In this document: positions 23,986 through 30,942 of the stretch, piece by piece
Numbering within the stretch: position 1 is the stretch's first letter
How the letters are laid out: each line of letters begins with the position of its first letter
Source: a plasmid
Assembly (NCBI RefSeq): GCF_053078305.1
Contig: NZ_CP166878.1
Length of the DNA stretch: 32,715 nucleotides
Reading direction: 5' to 3' (one strand)
Program-made: the position numbers and the translations under genes
Notes under the pieces: model-generated
What the model was told of the DNA's origin: nothing
The model's input: the letters and a program-made list of their open reading frames with translations, nothing else
Database searches by the model: none

Positions 23986-24261
23986 ATGAGCCAGTATCGT
24001 TTAACAGGAAAATCAGCATCGCGTAGTTATGAACTTCTGGTTGGCTGGGATACCCCGCTTTCCAGGTTTTTTCTTGTTATTGAGCCAGAACTTGACGAGC
24101 CGGTATATTCGAATATTTATGAGAAAGATCCATCATCTTTGACGCTTGAGTTTTTTCAGTCAGTTCTTGAACGTTACGGGATAGAGAATGTATCTCTGCT
24201 GCCTGGTCATGAGTCAGGTTTGTATGAGAAATTGCATGATGATAGAAGAAATAATAACTAG
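23986..24261 (+). CDS. Hypothetical protein
   Basis: The 91-aa ORF has a GGAGG ribosome-binding site and lies downstream of promoter cassette copy 2. I recognise no family. Confidence 0.55.
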   Translation: MSQYRLTGKSASRSYELLVGWDTPLSRFFLVIEPELDEPVYSNIYEKDPSSLTLEFFQSVLERYGIENVSLLPGHESGLYEKLHDDRRNNN

Positions 24262-24293
24262 CGGTTTTTAATGGAATATGCAGGAATATTGCG

Positions 24294-24644
24294 ATGAAAA
24301 TAAAACTAGGGTCAGGTTCGGTATCTGTAAATGGTGTTGTGTATGAAGGAAAGGGGAAAATTATTTCCATATTAAATAATGAAGTCATTATTGATGGTGT
24401 CGTTCATGGGAAAGCCGTAGCTCTTCCTGAAATTACTGTTATTGTTAATGGTCATGTTGATTCATTACATACCGAGTTGGGAAATATAATCATTAATGGT
24501 AATGCTGGTATGGTTAAAACTGCATCGGGGGATGTTTCTTGTGAAAATGTTTCAGGAAATGTTGAGTCTATGAGTGGTAATGTTAATTGTAAAAATGTTT
24601 ATGGTGGAGTTAAAACATTATCTGGAAACATATATAAAGAATGA
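24294..24644 (+). CDS. Bactofilin-like beta-helical repeat protein (putative)
   Basis: The 116-aa ORF has Gly/Val/Asn-rich repeats of about 9-11 residues (GDVSCENVSGNVESMSGNVNCKNVYGGVKTLSGNI). These resemble bactofilin/DUF583 windings. The assignment rests on the pattern only. Confidence 0.45.
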   Translation: MKIKLGSGSVSVNGVVYEGKGKIISILNNEVIIDGVVHGKAVALPEITVIVNGHVDSLHTELGNIIINGNAGMVKTASGDVSCENVSGNVESMSGNVNCKNVYGGVKTLSGNIYKE

Positions 24645-24843
24645 GTTCATTAAAACCCCGTACAATATATTGTACGGGGGTAGTACAGAAGAGGTATTGG
24701 GTTGCTACATTTCCAGGTTATATGCAGAAACCATTTTTATTTTATCAGGTATTTATTTTTTCTTAATGAGATAGTTCACAAAATCATCAATCCAGGGACT
24801 GTTTTTCGTTATCTGCCGTATCTGCGTACCCCTGATTTTTTGG

Positions 24844-24942
24844 TATACAATCACTTGATTCGATAATCATAAAATCAAGTGATTTTATGATTGCATAATT
24901 TTATGAGTATGAGATTATTAGAATGTTTGGCAGAGGTACTAT
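24844..24942 (+). promoter_or_regulatory. parA promoter/operator region with a 12-bp inverted repeat
   Basis: AATCACTTGATT (24849-24860) and AATCAAGTGATT (24873-24884) are perfect inverted repeats separated by 12 bp. Repeated ATGATT/TATGAG motifs follow. Confidence 0.55.
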
Positions 24943-24963
24943 GTGAACAAAGGGGAGGGGCAA

Positions 24964-25587
24964 ATGCCTAAAGTTATAGCATTTTTAAATGGTAAGGGGG
25001 GGGTGTCTAAGACAACCTCGGCAGTCAATATTGCTACTGCTCTTGCTCGTAAGGGATACAAAGTTGTCGTTGTGGATACCGATCCTCAGGGAAGTGTTAG
25101 TAACTGGTATGATGACAGTAAGTGTGTTTTTGATGTAGCAGAAGCTACGACAGAAAAAGAAATTTACCGTTTGCGGAAGGCGCTTCCTTTGCACGATTTT
25201 ATCATTATTGATGGTGCTGCGGCGATTTCGGCGATATCGGCAGCTGCTGTTATGGTTTCTGATCTTGTCATTATCCCAGTTACTCCTTCGCCGCTTGATT
25301 TTGCTGCATGTGGCGCGATATTGGCAGTGATAGAAGCTCGGCAGGATTTACGCCCGGTGATTGCTCGCTTTTTGATTACTAAAAAAGTACAGCAAACGCA
25401 TATGCTATCTTTGCTGAAAGAATCTATTGCAGAAACAAGCATACCAGCATTAAAAACAGGAACGTCGTACAGGCAGTCATATATAAAGTCTATGCTAGAT
25501 GGTGGTACTATATTTGATACAAAAGATAGTGCTGCTAAAGGTGAAATATCAGTCATTACAGAAGAAATACTTGGACTATTAAAATGA
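24964..25587 (+). CDS. parA: ParA-family partition ATPase (small, type Ib-like)
   Basis: The ORF has the deviant Walker A motif [16 protein letters not shown], followed by [11 protein letters not shown] and IIIDGAAA. The ATG at 24964 has a GGAGGGG ribosome-binding site. The ORF track begins at the GTG at 24943. Confidence 0.9.
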   Translation: MPKVIAFLNGKGGVSKTTSAVNIATALARKGYKVVVVDTDPQGSVSNWYDDSKCVFDVAEATTEKEIYRLRKALPLHDFIIIDGAAAISAISAAAVMVSDLVIIPVTPSPLDFAACGAILAVIEARQDLRPVIARFLITKKVQQTHMLSLLKESIAETSIPALKTGTSYRQSYIKSMLDGGTIFDTKDSAAKGEISVITEEILGLLK

Positions 25588-25793
25588 GTAAAATGAAACT
25601 TGGGAATCATAAGGCAACAAACACCGCTCTGGATGCACTAAAGAAACCTGCTGGAGCAACCAGGAAATTACAAATGAATATTCCAGAAGAGTTACACCTT
25701 GCATTTAAGTTAGCTTGTGTGGAAGATGGTGTCGATATGACACAGGTAAATATAGAACTAATTCAAAACTGGTTGAAGAGTCGTAACTTATAG
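25584..25793 (+). CDS. ParG-like ribbon-helix-helix centromere-binding protein
   Basis: The 69-aa ORF has an ATGA overlap with parA. It has a flexible basic N-terminus followed by [37 protein letters not shown], which is a typical RHH layout. Confidence 0.65.
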   Translation: MSKMKLGNHKATNTALDALKKPAGATRKLQMNIPEELHLAFKLACVEDGVDMTQVNIELIQNWLKSRNL

Positions 25794-25821
25794 TTTTTGT
25801 TATGATGCATATGGAGGATTT

Positions 25822-26313
25822 ATGGAGTATACACCAATAGCGTTAAGTCCAGGAGCTATGTTGCATAAAGGGAAATTCATTGGTTATGTCATGAAGATCA
25901 GATTTTCCGAGTGTTCTGGAGATCATCTTTTTTATTTGAGATATGATATGGTTGTTGAACTTGCAAGAGCATTAGCAAGAAAAACACACCAGATGTATCT
26001 TAAAGGGACTTTTAGTACAGATGAAAGTAGTCAGGCTACGTTAGAAATGGAAAAGGATTATAAGCAGCATGATATTCATTTAACAAGTGATGAAATATCG
26101 TCACCATCTGTAAATAACTTTGTTGCATTGTTAGATTATAATGTAAGGGATGCATCATTATTATTATCACTAATCAAAAATGATAATTCTAAAATTGATA
26201 TTAGTATACCAGAAGCAGCGGTGGAAATATTTACAGGTTATATGATGAATACTGTTATTAAGGCAGGGGGAGAAGCTTTATCTGAAAAACTTATATCAGA
26301 TATTGGAGTTTAA
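25822..26313 (+). CDS. Hypothetical protein (third gene of the par transcription unit)
   Basis: The 163-aa ORF has a GGAGG ribosome-binding site and starts 28 bp after the parG-like gene. I recognise no family. Confidence 0.5.
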   Translation: MEYTPIALSPGAMLHKGKFIGYVMKIRFSECSGDHLFYLRYDMVVELARALARKTHQMYLKGTFSTDESSQATLEMEKDYKQHDIHLTSDEISSPSVNNFVALLDYNVRDASLLLSLIKNDNSKIDISIPEAAVEIFTGYMMNTVIKAGGEALSEKLISDIGV

Positions 26314-26344
26314 TTATTGCTGCCAGGTAAACGCGAACGCTCAG

Positions 26345-26368
26345 AAAAGGGGCTTTTCGCCCCTTTTG
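26345..26368. terminator. Bidirectional terminator hairpin between convergent operons
   Basis: AAAAGGGG-cttttcgc-CCCCTTTT has an A run and a T run on either side. It lies between the par operon (plus strand) and vapD (minus strand). Confidence 0.7.
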
Positions 26369-26458
26369 AACCAAATCTTAAAGGCCACTCGCTTTCCGGT
26401 AGGGGGCAACATCCAGGCTTAACCTTCCGTCCTCCACAACATCAGGCCATGGAGGATT

Positions 26459-26737
26459 TCAACCCTTTATAGACGAAGTGAAGTCAGACCACTGTTCAAT
26501 CCTGAATGCTCTGATATCCCTGACTGAATTTGGGAACCATTCAAGAGCTTTTAATGCGTTCATAGCCTGAAAAAGGTTTGCCATATTTTCATCGCTATTT
26601 GTGTACAGGCTTCCCTGGATTCGCTCAAATCCGTACCTTTTAAGGGTCGAACTTATATCGTTGTAAGCCTGTGACACGCCTTTCGGATGGTGTTTTTCTG
26701 TATCTGCAACGGTTAAATCAAATGATATTGCGTACAT
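26459..26737 (-). CDS. vapD: VapD (Cas2-like endoribonuclease)
   Basis: MYAISFDL...HHPKGVSQAYNDI...GSLYTN...MANLFQAMNALKALEWF..SVRDIRAFRIEQWSDFT closely matches VapD sequences as I recall them. Confidence 0.85.
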   Translation of the reverse strand: MYAISFDLTVADTEKHHPKGVSQAYNDISSTLKRYGFERIQGSLYTNSDENMANLFQAMNALKALEWFPNSVRDIRAFRIEQWSDFTSSIKG

Positions 26738-26740
26738 AAC

Positions 26741-27031
26741 TTACTCTGCATCAGGATCTTGTAATAGTTTTGAAAGTTTGTACAACTCTTTCTCACCTGT
26801 CTGAACCAGTATAATGTTGACAAGAATATCACCATCAGGTAGTTCTTGGGCTGGCTCTCCTACCTCGTAAGGAATACCAAGCAGCCCGAATGTCTTAATC
26901 GTACCTGTTGGAATTTGCACTGTATTCATTGTTTTCGCTCCGATTTCCAGCCTCATCTTATCAGTCATAGCTTTGATAATAGCCTGACTGTCAGGTGACT
27001 GGGCCGCAATTACTTCTTCTAATGTTCTCAT
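26741..27031 (-). CDS. Hypothetical protein in the VapX position
   Basis: The 96-aa ORF ends 3 bp before vapD starts. Its N-terminal 30 aa (RTLEEVIAAQSPDSQAIIKAMTDKMRLEIG) resemble the N-terminus of the upstream XRE protein, but it has no HTH. Confidence 0.55.
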   Translation of the reverse strand: MRTLEEVIAAQSPDSQAIIKAMTDKMRLEIGAKTMNTVQIPTGTIKTFGLLGIPYEVGEPAQELPDGDILVNIILVQTGEKELYKLSKLLQDPDAE

Positions 27032-27049
27032 CTGTTGATGCCCAATTTT

Positions 27050-27349
27050 TTACAGGTGGAAAGCCATACGCTTGCCTGTAGGCAATGTCACGTCCAGGCT
27101 TAACTCGCCGCCCAAAGCTTTTACATAACGTTTAAGCGTCGATATTCTCGGATCGTTGTCAGTTTGCTCCATCCTGGCAACTGATGGTTGTTTTACTCCC
27201 ATCATTGTAGCCAGTTCGGTTTGGGATATGTTCAGTTCATCACGTAAAGCACTAAGTGCGAGCTGAATGCTGGCTTTTTCAACTCGGTCGGCTACGTGCG
27301 CCTGCATTTCAGGACTCTCTTTAGCCAGTAGTTCTCTGTAGGTAGCCAT
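27050..27349 (-). CDS. XRE-family HTH protein (HigA-like antitoxin/regulator)
   Basis: The HTH segment is ISQTELATMMGVKQPSVARMEQ and the C-terminus is KRYVKALGGELSLDV. I prefer the ATG at 27349, which has a GGAGAA ribosome-binding site, over the ORF-track start at 27400. Confidence 0.75.
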   Translation of the reverse strand: MATYRELLAKESPEMQAHVADRVEKASIQLALSALRDELNISQTELATMMGVKQPSVARMEQTDNDPRISTLKRYVKALGGELSLDVTLPTGKRMAFHL

Positions 27350-27720
27350 GTTATTTCTCCAGTTTTGCAAGATGTTCACGGTATTCATTATATACTGCAT
27401 TATAACGAATACACTATAATTTCCAGAAGAACAGGGCTATTTAACATAATGGACGTTATCAGCACCACCGGATCACAGTTCGTTGTCAGATCTGAAAAAT
27501 CCGCTCAAAAGATCATGTTTTCCTGGGCGTTTTTCGTCGTTTTTTATGTTGCTTATTTGTTAATAAAATCTCGTTTCTTGTTTTGGCTGAATTTGGATGT
27601 GAAAGCCTTATATTTGCAAGTTATCCGGTGAAGGGAGGTAGCCGAGACTGAGGATTGATTGTTTTGTACAAGTTCTAATGCATAATGTGTACATATAGTA
27701 GCGTTAGCATAGGGCGTAGT

Positions 27721-28224
27721 ATGCACCAAGAGCAGGATATAGCAGATGCACTTCATGAATCCCTAGCCTATTTCAATCGATATTGTCGCTATTCGCTAAA
27801 AAGGCTTGCTGCGGATTATCAGGAAGAGATTGATAACTACCAGGATGATGTATGGGAGGCTCCGCAGCGCGCTGCGCGGTTAAGTGCAGCGGTAAAAAAC
27901 TATAAAACCTCACGGATGATTGAGTTTATTTTTTATATGGCTATAAAGCTCAATCTTGATTTAACCCCGCTGGTTGTTAAGCGTTTATGTTCTTGTCTTT
28001 TTCAGCGTACTGGTAGCCAGGAGCTTATTGTTGAGATTTTTGGAAAAAAGCAGCGTGTAAATCGTAGTGCTGATAATACAATGGAACGAATCAATGACGT
28101 GACTGAACGTTATCGTAAATCGGCCACAAGACATTGGCGTAAGACATTATCAGATATAGAAAAAGTTAAAAAAGGCTATCAGAAAGAAATACGTGCACGG
28201 AGAAAAAAGAAAAGCGGTAAATGA
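27721..28224 (+). CDS. Hypothetical protein with a basic C-terminus
   Basis: The ORF is 167 aa from the ATG at 27721. The tail is Lys/Arg-rich (KKGYQKEIRARRKKKSGK). I recognise no family. Confidence 0.5.
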   Translation: MHQEQDIADALHESLAYFNRYCRYSLKRLAADYQEEIDNYQDDVWEAPQRAARLSAAVKNYKTSRMIEFIFYMAIKLNLDLTPLVVKRLCSCLFQRTGSQELIVEIFGKKQRVNRSADNTMERINDVTERYRKSATRHWRKTLSDIEKVKKGYQKEIRARRKKKSGK

Positions 28225-28350
28225 AGTGAACTCACTCACTACAAAGGTTGTGGGGGGAGAGTGGATATCTTTTAATCATTAGTGTATCTTTTTTCTGTCT
28301 GCGGGATAGGGAAGGGCAGACTGTAACCTATCATTAACCAATTCTCTGTC

Positions 28351-28385
28351 GAGGCAACGTTACGTTGCCTCTGGCAGCGTAACGT
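28351..28385 (+). promoter_or_regulatory. Conserved leader hairpin, copy 1
   Basis: GAGGCAACG-tta-CGTTGCCTC is followed by TGGCAGCGTAACG. An alternative pairing joins ACGTTACG (28357-28364) with CGTAACGT (28378-28385). It lies about 26 nt upstream of the ATG at 28411. Confidence 0.6.
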
Positions 28386-28410
28386 GATCCTCTTGTTTGA
28401 GGTAAACGTT

Positions 28411-28761
28411 ATGAAAGACAATCAAAACCAATCACTCCAGGTAGGTGACGCAACTATTCGTATTGGTGACATTTTTCATACCCATTGGGGCTATGAGCAA
28501 ACTAATATCGAGTTTTATCAAGTTGTTTCACTACATGGAAAGAAAACAGTAGGGCTTCGGGAGATTGCTAGGGAAGTCGTAGAGCACACCAGTTGGTGTA
28601 GTGCAGAGATTCGCCCTGTTCCTGATAAGTTTATTGATGAAGCCATCCATAAACGCCGGGTTATCGCAAAATGGGGGTCTGTCCTTGTACGGTTCAGTGA
28701 TGTAACCAATGCATGGCGAACTTCACCAGAAGCTTTACACCATTGTTCCTGGGGATACTAA
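28411..28761 (+). CDS. Hypothetical protein
   Basis: The ORF is 116 aa from the ATG at 28411, which has a GAGG ribosome-binding site. I recognise no family. Confidence 0.5.
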   Translation: MKDNQNQSLQVGDATIRIGDIFHTHWGYEQTNIEFYQVVSLHGKKTVGLREIAREVVEHTSWCSAEIRPVPDKFIDEAIHKRRVIAKWGSVLVRFSDVTNAWRTSPEALHHCSWGY

Positions 28762-28884
28762 ACGTTGTGAGAAGGCGCAGTTGCGCCTTCTTCTTTATGC
28801 GTGATAGATTGGTTCTGTCAGATGATGCAGCATCAATTTTGATGTTCTGACGTTTCAGCATCAAAGAACATTCACACAACTGTC

Positions 28885-28917
28885 GAAGCAACGTTACGTT
28901 GCTTCGGCAGCGTAACG
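28885..28917 (+). promoter_or_regulatory. Conserved leader hairpin, copy 2
   Basis: GAAGCAACG-tta-CGTTGCTTC is followed by GGCAGCGTAACG. Relative to copy 1, the stem carries a G-to-A change paired with a C-to-T change. Confidence 0.6.
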
Positions 28918-28943
28918 CAGCTTCTGAATACAGGAGTCTGGTT

Positions 28944-29303
28944 ATGACTAGTGTTATAAACAATTTATCATCGTTAAACCTGATCCCTTGCAGATCTCCA
29001 TTTGATTCTGTAATGGGAGAACGATGCTATCAGTCGATTGTTTCTGTTGATACATTCACTGATTTCATTGTTGAGGCTCAAGCTGATGGTATGCTGAATG
29101 AATGCAATCTTCGCGAAAATGATAGGTATTCTCGATTATTGAGAACATATCTTTTCAGGAGTATGGCAGTTATTCATGCTGTAATTGATCTACGAGCAGG
29201 TATTGTTCATTTGATTGTATACTCGCTCGTGACAAATGAGATTACGGAGTTTGAAGCCGAATATTTCATTTGTCAGATTCGTCAGAATCTAGACCGTTAT
29301 TGA
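28944..29303 (+). CDS. Hypothetical protein
   Basis: The ORF is 119 aa from the ATG at 28944, which has a CAGGAG ribosome-binding site. I recognise no family. Confidence 0.5.
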   Translation: MTSVINNLSSLNLIPCRSPFDSVMGERCYQSIVSVDTFTDFIVEAQADGMLNECNLRENDRYSRLLRTYLFRSMAVIHAVIDLRAGIVHLIVYSLVTNEITEFEAEYFICQIRQNLDRY

Positions 29304-29328
29304 TCTGATTCTGAACTGTAAGGGAATG

Positions 29329-29925
29329 CTATTGCATTCCCTTTTTTTCTATCAGTGTTGAAAGTTTTTCGCTGTATTCTTTTCGATTATGATGTAATTT
29401 TAGCCTAACGTTAGAAAACTTTTTAAGAACAACTCTTCTATTGCTATAGAAGTCCTTTTTTGATATTTCTCCACAAAGATAAAGAATCCGTTGTTGCTTA
29501 ATGATGTTATCTGTAAGGGTGATAAGGGATATCATCATCATAACAACAGGCGATATAAGAACAGGTATTTTTATTTTTTTGTTATCATTATTTATATGGT
29601 TGTATATATCTTTATAATTTGGTATTTCTGAAACAGTTTGTTTTAAGTGTTCGTAATGCGACGAAAACTCATCTTTTTGAATACGGATAATTTCTTCTGC
29701 TTTTGGCAATAATGATTTTGCAACTATATGTTTTATATAGTGCTCTTTGTTTTTATAACGTTTTAGATTGCTTGATGTAAAAAGAATTTCAAGATATTTA
29801 ATTGTATTAATCGCATCGGTAACATGATGCTTGTGAATAAGTTTTTCACTATGTAATTTGTTGTCAATTTCTCCAATAAGAAATTGATCATTTATTCTTA
29901 AATTAAGTTGTTTTCTCTCCATCAT
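29329..29925 (-). CDS. Hypothetical protein with one central transmembrane helix (AT-rich operon, gene 2)
   Basis: The 198-aa ORF has a very Lys/Asn/Ile-rich composition and a single hydrophobic segment (IPVLISPVVMMMISLITL). It has an ATGA overlap with the upstream gene. Confidence 0.6.
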   Translation of the reverse strand: MMERKQLNLRINDQFLIGEIDNKLHSEKLIHKHHVTDAINTIKYLEILFTSSNLKRYKNKEHYIKHIVAKSLLPKAEEIIRIQKDEFSSHYEHLKQTVSEIPNYKDIYNHINNDNKKIKIPVLISPVVMMMISLITLTDNIIKQQRILYLCGEISKKDFYSNRRVVLKKFSNVRLKLHHNRKEYSEKLSTLIEKKGMQ

Positions 29926-30380
29926 ATATACCCACCTTTTTCTTCAACTAGTGTCAGTTTATCAGTCGATGCGATTTTGTTACCACTCATAAAAAACATA
30001 CTGACCCATAAGTACAAATCTGATTCATAGTAAAATCCTTCGTGTTTTTTTAGTTTGCTTAAAGTGCTATAATGTTCATCCTTATTTTTTGCATAATAAA
30101 GTTTGACAATAAGGTAACACTCTTCCTGTGTTCCCTTTGATAAACACCAATCGAATATTCCATCCCATGAGATATTTTCTAAGCTAAAAAAGTTCTGTTT
30201 TCTTAATTTCTGGCGTTGTCTGTTTAAAAGAATGCTTTGTTGAGTATCGTTGTATTGCTGGGCACCAAGAACAGGATCTTCACAGCGAACGCCACGAACA
30301 GGGCGTTTGTCAAATGACAGTTCCCATAGGTTAATATCTGGTATGAACTCGTAATCTTCCGGTTTCGCCAGACGGAACAT
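29922..30380 (-). CDS. Hypothetical protein (AT-rich operon, gene 1)
   Basis: I prefer the ATG at 30380, which has an AAGGA ribosome-binding site, over the ORF-track start at 30449. The product is about 152 aa, soluble, and of no family I recognise. Confidence 0.6.
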   Translation of the reverse strand: MFRLAKPEDYEFIPDINLWELSFDKRPVRGVRCEDPVLGAQQYNDTQQSILLNRQRQKLRKQNFFSLENISWDGIFDWCLSKGTQEECYLIVKLYYAKNKDEHYSTLSKLKKHEGFYYESDLYLWVSMFFMSGNKIASTDKLTLVEEKGGYI

Positions 30381-30460
30381 AACGCTATCCTTTGTCTGTT
30401 GTGTGTTCGGTAGTTCTGGTTTACCGTAAAACAAAAATTTTTTCAACAAAGGTGTTTAAT

Positions 30461-30676
30461 ATGAGCGATAAGATCCAAGAAATCACACAAAAAATTGAGA
30501 AATTGCAGATAAAATTGAGCAAAATTGAAGAGGAAAAAAACAAGATACAATCAAAGCTGGTTAAGTTAGAAGAAGAGAAAAAATCAATACAGCGCAAGCT
30601 GATTCTACAGGAGAAAAGAGAAGAGCTTGAAATGCTTTTAGACAAAGAAAGTTTTGATATTTTATTCAATAAATGA
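30461..30676 (+). CDS. Small coiled-coil protein
   Basis: The ORF is 71 aa from the ATG at 30461. It has heptad-like K/E/L/I repeats (KIEKLQIKLSKIEEEKNKIQSKLVKLEEEKKSIQRKL). It runs divergently from the AT-rich operon. Confidence 0.5.
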   Translation: MSDKIQEITQKIEKLQIKLSKIEEEKNKIQSKLVKLEEEKKSIQRKLILQEKREELEMLLDKESFDILFNK

Positions 30677-30692
30677 GCATGATTTTTGGGAG

Positions 30693-30721
30693 AATTGCCC
30701 TCTGATTATCAGAGGGCAATT
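30693..30721 (+). terminator. Terminator-like hairpin after the coiled-coil gene
   Basis: An 11-bp perfect stem (aattgccctct/agagggcaatt) has a 7-nt loop. The following T run is short. Confidence 0.5.
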
Positions 30722-30942
30722 TGTCATTGGTAGTGCCTATTACCGTTAGTTATGATCACGAAAAACGCGATGATTGTTCATTACAATGCCCTATCGTTAG
30801 ACAGGACATGTGAGCGTTTTATCAACAACGTAAGCAGAATTTTTTGCAGAAATGATCCTGCATCAATACTGAAAATCGTTGTTGTCTTACATGTGTTAAA
30901 CATGATTTTTTAGTCAATTTCATAACAAAATATACCTACGTT

